Assembly: GCA_003251535.1 (NCBI GenBank)
Contig: QKFD01000024.1
Location: 97,837 to 161,836, forward strand
DNA from: Chromatiales bacterium
GTDB lineage: Bacteria > Pseudomonadota > Gammaproteobacteria > Thiohalomonadales > Thiohalomonadaceae
Direction: 5' to 3'
DNA: 64,000 nt
Shown in pieces: positions 1-8,955 of the stretch. A program made the position numbers and the translations under genes. Numbering within the stretch: the first letter of the stretch is position 1; the number at the start of each line of letters is the position of its first letter. Under the pieces are notes generated by a model. That model ran no database searches. It was given only the letters and a program-made list of their open reading frames with translations, and was not told the DNA's origin.

Positions 1-269
1 TCGGAACCACGCAGCGGCTGCACGGAGCCACCCAGCGGCACGATGTCAGCGTAGTGACGGGCTTCGATCGCCTGCTGCGGGCAGATCTTGACGCAGGAGT
101 AGCACTCCCAGCACTGCTCCGGCTCCTGGTTAAAGGCGCGCATCGAATGGCCGGTCTCGGAGCCATCCTTGTCCAGCTTCATGAGGTCATGCGGGCAGAT
201 GTACATGCAAGCAGTCTTGTCTTGACCCTTGCAGCCATCGCATTTGTCGGTACGCACAAATGTAGGCAT
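1..269 (-). CDS. aprB: Adenylylsulfate (APS) reductase beta subunit AprB, N-terminal part (gene continues beyond window start)
   Basis: Minus-strand translation from ATG (complement of 267-269) reads MPTFVRTDKCDGCKGQDKTACMYICPHDLMKLDKDGSETGHSMRAFNQEPEQCWECYSCVKICPQQAIEARHYADIVPLGG. This is the canonical AprB N-terminus with two ferredoxin-type Cys clusters. It runs off the window edge, so it is absent from the ORF track. Confidence 0.85.
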   Translation of the reverse strand, partial: MPTFVRTDKCDGCKGQDKTACMYICPHDLMKLDKDGSETGHSMRAFNQEPEQCWECYSCVKICPQQAIEARHYADIVPLGGSVQPLRGS

Positions 270-1195
270 TGCGTTGCTCCTCTTTTCGACTTTCGCTGTG
301 TTGTAGTTCGCGCCGTGGATGCGCCTTCCCGAACCTCACTCGGCGGGACCCGCAGCCATCCGACGGTTGGCCGGGTCGACCCGAGCCGGCGGTGGTCAAA
401 CCGCACGTGGATCAGGGCTTGCGCTCCGATCCGAGAGAGGAGATCCACCAGATTGGCAGCTTCCTCTCCAAGGGTTGTCGTTATTGCGCCTCACCGTGCG
501 GCCGAAGCAAAGATAGCCCACGGGGACGAAACGGGTGACCACCATAATCGCCTGATACGGCGAAGTCCAACCGGATCGGACTTTGCCTCATATAAATCGG
601 GCTTATGTATAAGCGCATGGATTTCTGAGAAAAAAACTTGGTTTATGGCGGGAGAGGGCGCTTAGCCCTGCGGGGTTGCCATCCTGGGCGCGGGGATTGG
701 GGCCTAAATCCAGACATCGCCCCGGGTCATCCCATCGTAACAATGTGCCCCACCCGATGAGATCAGTGGGGCACTCGCCTGCGCCTCGCATCTTAGACTC
801 TATCTACTCGGGAATATGGGCGGGCCTAGGAACAAAATGGTACATTAGCAATTCACCATATTCTGTTTACGGATATCGCCGGCCGGGTTGGGAGCCACCC
901 CGCCGATTCTCATGCCTAGCGGTTTTGATGGACTCAAAACCCCGCCGGGGATGCCACGTCAAGGTGCGGCTCTTGGCCGGAGATACCCTCCCCGGCCGGG
1001 CGACACCTCAGCGTGACGTCCGAAACGGAATTCCCCAACAGTGCAGTCGCAGGAGCACCCCAGCGTCAGCGACCACGCCCGCTGCGCCAAGCAACGGGCG
1101 CTGCAAGGGGCCCCTCCGGCTCCGCCGGCATGAGCATCGACGCAGTGGCTGTTCCTGGCCGACCCATCCAGTACAAACCAAGGGCAGTCGAGCAC

Positions 1196-4087
1196 ATGCA
1201 AGAGCCAACCAAGGGCGCCGCGGCTGGGCGTATCGAGGTCAAGAACACCACCTGCTACATGTGCGCCTGCCGCTGCGGCATCCGGGTCACGGTGCGCGAC
1301 GGCGAGGTGCGGTACATCCAGGGCAACCCGGAGCACCCCCTAAACAAGGGCGTCATCTGCGCCAAGGGGGCCTCGGGCATCATGAAGCAGTACTCCCCCG
1401 CCCGCCTCACCCGCCCGTTACGCCGCAAGCCGGGTAGCGAGCGGGGCGATGCCGAGTTTGAACCCATCTCCTGGGACGAGGCGTTTGCCACTTTAGAGGA
1501 GCGGCTGGGCAATATCCGCGCCACCGATCCGAAAAAGTTCGCCCTCTTCACCGGCCGCGACCAGATGCAGGCCCTGACCGGCCTATTCGCCAAGCAGTTC
1601 GGTACCCCGAACTACGCCGCCCATGGCGGTTTCTGCTCGGTGAACATGGCGGCCGGGATGATCTACACCATCGGCGGCTCCTTCTGGGAGTTCGGCGGCC
1701 CGGATCTCGATCGCGCCAAGCTGTTTGTGATGATCGGCACCGCGGAGGACCACCACTCCAACCCGATGAAGATCGCCATCTCGCAGTTCAAGCGCAATGG
1801 CGGCCGCTTTATCTCCATCAATCCGGTGCGCACCGGCTACTCGGCCATCGCCGACGAGTGGATCCCCATCAAGCCCGGCACCGATGCCGCGCTGCTGCTG
1901 GCCCTCATCCACGAGATCATCAAGCAGGGGCTCTACGACCGCGACTTCCTGGTGCAGTACTCCAACGCCGCCGAGCTAGTGAACCTGGACCCGGCCAGCT
2001 CTGAGTACGGCATGTTTGTCCGTTTCGAGGTGCCGCCAGAGGAGGGGTGCTTCGATCCGCAGAACAAGCTGTGGTGGGACCGCGATCTGGACCGCCCCAT
2101 CTCCACCCACACCCCCGGTGCCGACCCACGCCTGCTCGGTGAGTTCAACCTCTCCGACGGCACCCCGGTCAAGCCCTCCTTCCAGCTGCTCAAGGAGCGG
2201 GTGGAGCAGTACACCCCAGAGTGGGCCGCCAACATCACTGGCATCCCGGCCGAGACCATCCGCCGGCTGGCCTATGAGATGGGTATCACCGCCCGCGACG
2301 AGAAGATCGAACTGCCCATCTCCTGGACCGATGTCTGGGGCAATGAACACCAGACCGTCACCGGCAACCCGGTGGCCTTCCACGCCATGCGTGGTCTGGC
2401 GGCCCACTCCAACGGCTTCCACAGCATCCGGGCGATGTCGATCCTGATGTCGATCTTGGGCACCATCGACCGCCCCGGCGGCTTCCGCCACAAGGCCCCC
2501 TTCCCCCGTCCCATCCCGCCCTGTCCAAAGACGCCGAAGGGGCCGGAGGATGTGCAGCCCAACACCCCTCTGAATGGGATGCCGCTCGGCTGGCCGGCCG
2601 ATCCGGATGACCTATTTGTGGATGAGAAGGGCAATCCGGTCCGCATCGATAAGGGCTTCTCCTGGGAGTACCCGCTGTCGGTGCATGGCCTGATGCACAA
2701 CGCCATCACCAACGCCTGGCGCCAAGACCCCTACCCCATCGATACCCTGTTCATCTTCATGGCCAACATGGCCTGGAACTCGACGATGAACACCGAGCAG
2801 GTGCGGAAGATGCTGAACGACAAGGATGAGAACGGGGAGTACAAGATCCCGTTCATCGTCGTTGCCGACGCCTTCCAGTCGGAGATGGTGGCCTATGGCG
2901 ACCTCATCCTGCCCGACACCACCTATCTGGAGCGGCACGATGTGATGTCGATGCTCGACCGCCCCATCTCCGAGTTTGATGGGCCGGTGGACTCAGTGCG
3001 TATCCCGGTGGTCCCCCCCACGGGCGACTGCAAGCCGTTCCAAGAGGTGCTAATCGAGCTGGGCTCGCGGCTCAAACTGCCGGCCTTTGTCACCGAAGAG
3101 GGCAAGCGCAAGTTCCGCAACTACCCCGACTTCATCGTCAACTTCGAGACCGCCCCCGGTTCGGGTATCGGCTTCCTCGGTGGCTGGCGTGGCAAGGGGG
3201 GCGAGAAGCAGATGAAGGGCGAGCCCAACCCCAACCAGTGGGAGATGTACGCCAAGAACAACTGCGTCTTCCACTACGAGATGCCGAAGTCCTACCAGTA
3301 CATGCGTAACTGGAACCTCGGTTATCTGCGTTGGGCCCAGAGCCACGGCATGACCCGTTACGCCGAGCCCATCAATATCCACATCTACTCGGAAGTGCTG
3401 CAAAAATTCCGACTCGCGGCCCAAGGTAAGACCCATGGTCGGCAGCCGCCGGCCCATCTGAAGAAGCGTATCGAGACCTTCTTTGATCCGCTGCCGTTCT
3501 ACTTCGAACCGCTAGAGGCGCAGCTGACCGATAAGCACCGCTACCCGCTCAACGCGATCACCCAGCGGCCGATGGCGATGTACCACTCCTGGGATAGCCA
3601 GAACGCCTGGTTGCGCCAGATCCACACCTATAACCACATCTATGTCCACCCCCGGGTGGGTGCCGCCCAGGGCTTCGCCGATGGCGACTGGGTGTGGGTG
3701 GAGTCGCAGTGGGGCAAGGTGCGTGCCTTGTGCAAATACTCTGAGGCCGTGGAGCCCGGCACCGTCTGGACCTGGAACGCCATTGGTAAGGCCGCAGGGG
3801 CGTGGAATCTGGAGCCCAATGCCAATGAGTCGCGCCAGGGCTTCCTGCTCAACCACGTGATCAGTGAGGAGCTACCGCCCCACGATGCCGGCGAGCACGT
3901 CTCCAACTCCGATCCTGTCACTGGGCAGGCCGCCTGGTACGACGTGCGGGTGCGCATCTACAAGGCCAACCCGGAGGAGGAGAAGATGACCTGGCCGCAG
4001 TTCAAGCCGATGAAGCCAGCGCCGGGGACCCCCAAACGGCGCGGCTGGCAGGCCTTCTTCGCCGGTAAGTTCCTCAAGCAGGGTTGA
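1196..4087 (+). CDS. soeA: Molybdopterin (bis-MGD) oxidoreductase catalytic subunit, cytoplasmic (no Tat signal); SoeA-like sulfite-oxidizing enzyme subunit
   Basis: The 1024-aa ORF (1013..4087) carries the N-terminal Cys cluster CYMCACRCG typical of Mo-bisPGD enzymes and no RRxFLK twin-arginine motif. Starting at ATG 1196 (MQEPTKG...) gives about 963 aa. It is followed by Fe-S and NrfD-like membrane subunits and lies between aprB and sat. Alternative starts at 1013 and 1130 are possible. Confidence 0.7.
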   Translation: MQEPTKGAAAGRIEVKNTTCYMCACRCGIRVTVRDGEVRYIQGNPEHPLNKGVICAKGASGIMKQYSPARLTRPLRRKPGSERGDAEFEPISWDEAFATLEERLGNIRATDPKKFALFTGRDQMQALTGLFAKQFGTPNYAAHGGFCSVNMAAGMIYTIGGSFWEFGGPDLDRAKLFVMIGTAEDHHSNPMKIAISQFKRNGGRFISINPVRTGYSAIADEWIPIKPGTDAALLLALIHEIIKQGLYDRDFLVQYSNAAELVNLDPASSEYGMFVRFEVPPEEGCFDPQNKLWWDRDLDRPISTHTPGADPRLLGEFNLSDGTPVKPSFQLLKERVEQYTPEWAANITGIPAETIRRLAYEMGITARDEKIELPISWTDVWGNEHQTVTGNPVAFHAMRGLAAHSNGFHSIRAMSILMSILGTIDRPGGFRHKAPFPRPIPPCPKTPKGPEDVQPNTPLNGMPLGWPADPDDLFVDEKGNPVRIDKGFSWEYPLSVHGLMHNAITNAWRQDPYPIDTLFIFMANMAWNSTMNTEQVRKMLNDKDENGEYKIPFIVVADAFQSEMVAYGDLILPDTTYLERHDVMSMLDRPISEFDGPVDSVRIPVVPPTGDCKPFQEVLIELGSRLKLPAFVTEEGKRKFRNYPDFIVNFETAPGSGIGFLGGWRGKGGEKQMKGEPNPNQWEMYAKNNCVFHYEMPKSYQYMRNWNLGYLRWAQSHGMTRYAEPINIHIYSEVLQKFRLAAQGKTHGRQPPAHLKKRIETFFDPLPFYFEPLEAQLTDKHRYPLNAITQRPMAMYHSWDSQNAWLRQIHTYNHIYVHPRVGAAQGFADGDWVWVESQWGKVRALCKYSEAVEPGTVWTWNAIGKAAGAWNLEPNANESRQGFLLNHVISEELPPHDAGEHVSNSDPVTGQAAWYDVRVRIYKANPEEEKMTWPQFKPMKPAPGTPKRRGWQAFFAGKFLKQG

Positions 4088-4157
4088 ACCCCTTAGGCTC
4101 GCCGCGGGGTGCTGGAGCCCCCCGCGGTGCAGCGGTTGCTCTAAAAGGTTTTGCAAA

Positions 4158-4883
4158 ATGACACAGTTAGCACTGGTTATTGATCTCAACGTCTGCGTCG
4201 GCTGCCACGCCTGCGTCACCTCCTGTAAGGAGTGGAACACCTCGGGGCAGGCGGGGCCGATGTTTGACGACAACCCCTATGGCCAAGACCCGACCGGCAC
4301 CTTTTTTAATCGGGTGCAGACCTATGAGATCGGGGAGTTCCCCAACACAGAGACGGTTCACTTCCCCAAGAGCTGCCTCCACTGCGAAGACGCCCCTTGC
4401 GTCCCGGTCTGCCCCACCGGCGCCAGCTTCAAGCGCACGGAGGATGGCATCGTACTGGTGGACTACGACAAGTGCATCGGCTGCAAATACTGCTCCTGGG
4501 CCTGCCCCTACGGCGCCCGCGAGTTTGACGAACAGCAGAAGGTGATGAAGAAGTGCACCCTCTGCGTCGATCGCATCTACGACCAGTCGCTCCCCCCGGC
4601 CGAGCGCCGGCCGGCCTGTGTCATGTCCTGCCCCACCAGCGCCCGTCTGTTCGGCGATGTCCACGACCCTGACTCAGAGGTCTCCATCGCCATCCGCGAG
4701 CGGGGCGGTTATCAGTTGATGCCGGAGTGGGGTACCAAACCGGCCAACCACTACCTGCCACGGCGCAAGACCCGCAAGGTGATCCACGAGGATGAGCTGG
4801 TGCGCTCGGACAACCCGCTGCGCAAAGAGGAGATCGAATCGGAGCACTCCCGCGCTCCGACCCTCGACGACTGGCTCATGTAA
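4158..4883 (+). CDS. soeB: 4Fe-4S ferredoxin-type electron-transfer subunit of the Mo-enzyme complex (SoeB-like)
   Basis: It has four CxxCxxCxxxCP ferredoxin motifs (CVGCHACVTSC, CLHCEDAPCVPVCP, CIGCKYCSWACP, CTLCVDR...CVMSCP). It is 241 aa and lies immediately downstream of soeA. Confidence 0.75.
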   Translation: MTQLALVIDLNVCVGCHACVTSCKEWNTSGQAGPMFDDNPYGQDPTGTFFNRVQTYEIGEFPNTETVHFPKSCLHCEDAPCVPVCPTGASFKRTEDGIVLVDYDKCIGCKYCSWACPYGAREFDEQQKVMKKCTLCVDRIYDQSLPPAERRPACVMSCPTSARLFGDVHDPDSEVSIAIRERGGYQLMPEWGTKPANHYLPRRKTRKVIHEDELVRSDNPLRKEEIESEHSRAPTLDDWLM

Positions 4884-4983
4884 CGCGGCCCAACGGACGC
4901 GCTACGCGAGAGATCCCGTCAGGCGGGGGGGGGCGCCACCCCACCCCGCCGGCGTACAGACGAGATTTTGGGAGAATTACCAC

Positions 4984-5952
4984 ATGCATCCGGCGTTTTC
5001 GGTCATCTTTCTCACCACCCTCATCGGGGTCGGCCAGGGGCTATTCCTGGCACTGGTCACCGGTGAGAGCTACGCAGCGGTCAATCTGCTGCCCCAGCAG
5101 AGCAGCCGCGAGTTCTATGCGGTGGGTGCCCTGTTGGCCATGCTGTTCCTCATCGGCGGCCTCATCGCCTCCATCTTCCACCTTGGCCACCCCGAACGGG
5201 GCTGGCGTGCCGCCACTCGCTGGCGCACCTCCTGGCTCTCCCGCGAGGTGATCGTGCTACCGCTGATGATGGGCCTAGTCTTCCTCTACGGCGTGGTCCA
5301 CTTCTTCGACTGGCATCCTGACCTATTCGGCGTCGGCACGCGGAACCAGCTCACCCTGGTGATCGGGGCCATCGGGACGGTGGTCGCCTTCGCCCTGTTT
5401 GTCTCCACCGGCATGGTCTACGCCTCCATCAAGTTTCTCCAGGAGTGGGCCAGCCCGCTGACGGTAGTGAACTACATCCTGTTGGGCGGTGCCTCCGGCT
5501 TTACCTTCGCCACCGCCTTTGTCGCCTACAACGCCCCAGACTTGGTGACCTTCTACGGCACCTGGGCGATCATCATCACCTTCGCCGCTTTGGTGGGCCG
5601 AGTCGGCTCGCTGTTCCGCAACGCCCGCATCAAGCGCCACTCCAACATCCAGAGCGCCATCGGTGTACGCCACCCCCGGATCCAGCAGAAGGCGATGGGC
5701 TTCATGGGTGGCTCCTACAACACCCGTGAGTATCACCACGGAAAGGGGATCAGCGCCCTCAAGTCGGTGCGTTGGACCTTCCTTATCCTCACCTTTGTCG
5801 TACCGCTACTGCTGCTCTGGATCGGTATCGCCGGCAACGGCACCATCCTGTTAGCCGCCTTCGGGGTGCAGTATGTGGGTCTGCTGTTTGAGCGCTGGTT
5901 CTTCCTCGCCCAGGCCAACCACCCACAAAACCTCTACTACCAAACCATCTGA
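4984..5952 (+). CDS. soeC: Integral membrane anchor subunit (NrfD/PsrC/DmsC-like), SoeC-like
   Basis: The start MHPAFSVIFLTTLIGVGQGLFLALV is chosen within the longer ORF 4792..5952, which overlaps soeB in another frame. The product is highly hydrophobic with multiple predicted TM helices. It is the third gene of the three-gene Mo-enzyme operon. Confidence 0.65.
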   Translation: MHPAFSVIFLTTLIGVGQGLFLALVTGESYAAVNLLPQQSSREFYAVGALLAMLFLIGGLIASIFHLGHPERGWRAATRWRTSWLSREVIVLPLMMGLVFLYGVVHFFDWHPDLFGVGTRNQLTLVIGAIGTVVAFALFVSTGMVYASIKFLQEWASPLTVVNYILLGGASGFTFATAFVAYNAPDLVTFYGTWAIIITFAALVGRVGSLFRNARIKRHSNIQSAIGVRHPRIQQKAMGFMGGSYNTREYHHGKGISALKSVRWTFLILTFVVPLLLLWIGIAGNGTILLAAFGVQYVGLLFERWFFLAQANHPQNLYYQTI

Positions 5953-5978
5953 TCGCCATAGGTGATCGCACCACAAAA

Positions 5979-6004
5979 GGGGCGCCTTGCGCCCCTTTTG
6001 CTTT
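5979..6004 (+). terminator. Rho-independent terminator after soeC
   Basis: GC hairpin ggggcgc-ctt-gcgcccc followed by ttttgcttt. Confidence 0.6.
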
Positions 6005-6057
6005 AGCGGCGCAACCGCCATCCTTAGTGGGCAATCCCCTCATGGGTACCCACCACC

Positions 6058-6732
6058 ATGGAACTCCCCCCCGCCGTACAGAGCGCCCTCCGGGCCGGCC
6101 AGAAGATTGAGGCGATCAAACGGCTACGCGAGGAGTGGGCCATCGATCTCAGCGAGGCCAAACGACTCGTAGAGCAGTGGGAAGGCGAGCCGGCCTCACC
6201 AGCCAACACCCCACCCGCAACCCACGCCCCCAGCCCCCGTCTACCCCTACCAGCCCTACTGCTACTGCTCGCCTTCGCCTGGGCACTGGTCAACGCCGTG
6301 ACCCCGCTGGCGAGCCTGCTGGTGCTGTTCCACCTGGAGCACTACCGCACGGCCCCCTTTATCGTCGAAAGCCTTGAGTATCGAGATGACCCCGAAGAGG
6401 GGTTGCGCTGGGGTTTGGTAGGCCAGGTGGCAGGGAGACACGAGCGGCTCTATGCCCCGAGCCTGGCCGATGGCCACCGCCTCGGCTACCGCGGCCTGCA
6501 ACGTCAGTTCCCCGCCGGCCTGGAGTTGAGGGTGTGGTACAACCCAGAGGTCACCGACACCCTCTTTCAGGGGCGCAGCCTGCGGCTCCTCCCCTACAGC
6601 CCCAACCTGCGAGAGAGCGAACTGGCCCACCTGTATGAGTGGTTTGGCTACTGCCTGCTCCCCCTAGCACTGATCTGGGGCAATGCCGTGGTGTGGGAAC
6701 GCAGGCAGAAAGAGGCGGTAACACGTCGTTAA
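6058..6732 (+). CDS. Hypothetical membrane protein; N-terminal L7/L12 C-terminal-domain-like segment, central TM helix, C-terminal DUF3592-like region
   Basis: ORF of 224 aa. The N-terminus (QKIEAIKRLREEWAIDLSEAKRLVEQWEG) resembles the ribosomal L7/L12 C-terminal motif. It has a hydrophobic stretch (LPLPALLLLLAFAWALVNAVTPLASLLVLF). Codon usage is consistent with its neighbours. Confidence 0.4.
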   Translation: MELPPAVQSALRAGQKIEAIKRLREEWAIDLSEAKRLVEQWEGEPASPANTPPATHAPSPRLPLPALLLLLAFAWALVNAVTPLASLLVLFHLEHYRTAPFIVESLEYRDDPEEGLRWGLVGQVAGRHERLYAPSLADGHRLGYRGLQRQFPAGLELRVWYNPEVTDTLFQGRSLRLLPYSPNLRESELAHLYEWFGYCLLPLALIWGNAVVWERRQKEAVTRR

Positions 6733-6962
6733 AGACCGGCTTGCCGTTGCGCTCAAGTCAGCCCCCACAGTCACCGGCCCCCTCCCGCGACCCAGCGGAT
6801 CGCGCCCCCTCTATGCCCCCATTACCGCTTCCTATTACCCCGCTACCAACATTGTTTTGTATAGTCGCCCGCTGAACCCAGGCCCGGCGCACCAAGGCAG
6901 GGCATGACCGAGCAACGACACTCTTTTCCGGTTCCCGCCAGGGGTAGAGACAGGAGCACACA

Positions 6963-8153
6963 ATGATAAAGCCGCACGGTTCCGACACGCTGAATCCGCT
7001 GTTTGTTTACGACTCAGAAAAGCACGATGCCTTAAAGCATGAGGCGGAAGGCCTCCCCTCCCTACTGCTCAGCTCCGCCGCCGCCGCCAACGCGGTGATG
7101 ATGGGGGCGGGCTACTTCAACCCCCTCACCGGCTACATGAATCTGGCCGATGCCATGGGTGCAGCCGAAAAGATGCTGACCACCTCCGGTCTCTTCTTCC
7201 CGGTACCCGTGGTCAATCTCACCAGCGACGTGAGTGCCATTGAGGGCCACAAGCGCATCGCCCTGCGCGACCCCAACGTCGAGGGTCACCCGGTGCTGGC
7301 GGTGATGGAGGTGGAGGCGATCGAAGAGGTCTCCGCTGAACAGATGGCCTTCATGACCGAGAAGGTGTTCGGTACCACTGACCCGGCCCACCCGGGCGTG
7401 GCAGCCTTCAACTCTCAGGGCCAGAAGCTGCTCTCCGGCCCCATCCAGGTCCTCAACTTCAGCTACTTCTCCGAAGACTTCCCTGACACCTTCCGCACCG
7501 CCGTTGAGATTCGCAACGAGATCGCCGAGCGTGGTTGGGAGAAGGTGGTTGCGTTCCAGACCCGCAACCCGATGCACCGCGCCCACGAGGAGCTGTGCCA
7601 CATGGCCATGGATCGCCTGGGGGCCGATGGCCTGGTGATCCACATGCTGCTCGGCAAGTTGAAGCCGGGCGACATCCCGGCGCCGGTCCGCGACTCTTGC
7701 ATCCGCAAGATGGTAGAGCTGTACTTCAAGCCCAACTCCGCCATGGTCACTGGCTACGGCTTCGATATGCTCTATGCCGGCCCGCGGGAGGCCGTGCTGC
7801 ACGCCCTGTTCCGGCAGAACATGGGGGCGACCCACTTCATTATCGGCCGCGACCATGCCGGTGTGGGTGACTACTACGGTCCGTTCGATGCCCAGAAGAT
7901 CTTCGACGATCAGGTGCCGCAGGGGGCGCTGCTCATCGAGATGTTTATGGCCGACAACACCGCCTGGTCCAAGAAGCTCGGCAAGGTGGTGATGATGCGT
8001 GAGGCCCCGGATCACGTCAAAGAGGACTTCATCACCCTCTCCGGCACCAAGGTGCGTGAGATGCTGGGTCGCGGTGAGGCGCCGCCGCCGGAGTTCTCCC
8101 GTCCGGAGGTGGCCAAGATCCTCATGGACTACTACCAGAGCCTGGATAAGTAA
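6963..8153 (+). CDS. sat: Sulfate adenylyltransferase (ATP sulfurylase), dissimilatory type
   Basis: 396 aa with the conserved QTRNPMHRAHEEL motif and a GRDHAG-type motif. It sits adjacent to the soe and apr genes. Confidence 0.9.
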   Translation: MIKPHGSDTLNPLFVYDSEKHDALKHEAEGLPSLLLSSAAAANAVMMGAGYFNPLTGYMNLADAMGAAEKMLTTSGLFFPVPVVNLTSDVSAIEGHKRIALRDPNVEGHPVLAVMEVEAIEEVSAEQMAFMTEKVFGTTDPAHPGVAAFNSQGQKLLSGPIQVLNFSYFSEDFPDTFRTAVEIRNEIAERGWEKVVAFQTRNPMHRAHEELCHMAMDRLGADGLVIHMLLGKLKPGDIPAPVRDSCIRKMVELYFKPNSAMVTGYGFDMLYAGPREAVLHALFRQNMGATHFIIGRDHAGVGDYYGPFDAQKIFDDQVPQGALLIEMFMADNTAWSKKLGKVVMMREAPDHVKEDFITLSGTKVREMLGRGEAPPPEFSRPEVAKILMDYYQSLDK

Positions 8154-8178
8154 CCGCTACTGCGGCGGGTAACAGGCT

Positions 8179-8206
8179 AGAAGAGGCGCCCTTGGGCGCC
8201 TCTTCT
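8179..8206. terminator. Perfect GC hairpin between convergent sat and CZB genes (bidirectional terminator candidate)
   Basis: agaagaggcgcc-c-ttg-ggcgcctcttct. Confidence 0.45.
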
Positions 8207-8242
8207 GCGTTATGGGGTGATATATCCCGCGCCCTGCGCCCC

Positions 8243-8623
8243 TTAAGGCTCCAGCTCCAGGCTGATACGTGCCAGCTGCGCCTTGATCTGGTGGCTGGCC
8301 TTGGCATATGCCCCCCGGTTGAGGATATCCCGCGCCCCATCCCGATCCCCCTGGTCCACCAAGCGCACGATCTCACCCGCGCTCCGATGAAACTCCGCAT
8401 GGACATCCTTCATACTGGCAAAACGGGGGTGGCTACCGTAGCGAGAACCGCCTTCGCCATGGATCCAGCAGCCGAGGGCACACTGATCATCACGGCGCAC
8501 CGTCTCAGCCTCCAGCGCCTCGCCAGAAGTACCGTCGATATACCCCTCTAGCCGCACCTTCCAGCGGATGTGGGCCTCGATGGCAGACATGAAATCGAAC
8601 TCTTCTTCCAGATTGTTATTCAT
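8243..8623 (-). CDS. CZB (chemoreceptor zinc-binding) domain protein
   Basis: 126 aa. It carries a motif with His...Cys (DDQCALGCWIHGEG and HAEFHRSAGEI) that is consistent with the CZB zinc-binding signature. Confidence 0.5.
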   Translation of the reverse strand: MNNNLEEEFDFMSAIEAHIRWKVRLEGYIDGTSGEALEAETVRRDDQCALGCWIHGEGGSRYGSHPRFASMKDVHAEFHRSAGEIVRLVDQGDRDGARDILNRGAYAKASHQIKAQLARISLELEP

Positions 8624-8955
8624 GGCATCTCCTCATCGATAGCAGGGCCACCCCATGTGAAGCAGCCGTTTAAAGCGCGCACAGTGGGCGTCCAGACCCC
8701 ATACGCATAAACTACGTCACCCTGGACCATGGACCTCTGGCAGATGGACGGAGTGGCGGCTGCCCAAAGGCACCTCCCCTTTCCCACAAAAAGATCTGTG
8801 CCCCCAGAGGGCCAGCGCCCAAGCTACCCCCTTATGGTGATGGTCCACAATGCCACCATAGGACAGAATTTTACATCCCGGTTCAGTGTCTGAACGGGTA
8901 GCTGTTACCATTAAGCAGAGTAAATATCTCGGGTATTCCCCCGAGGGAGAGCACC

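Noticed and set aside
54-665. 203-aa plus-strand ORF at the window start
   Set aside because: It lies antisense to the clearly recognisable aprB coding sequence and continues into non-coding DNA. Its amino-acid composition is Arg/Ala-rich, typical of wrong-frame high-GC ORFs.
676-1437. 253-aa plus-strand ORF spanning the aprB-soeA intergenic region into soeA
   Set aside because: It is out of frame with soeA, Arg/Pro/Gly-rich and has no domain. It is a high-GC frame artefact.
7062-8015. 317-aa minus-strand ORF
   Set aside because: It is entirely antisense to sat, which has unambiguous homology.
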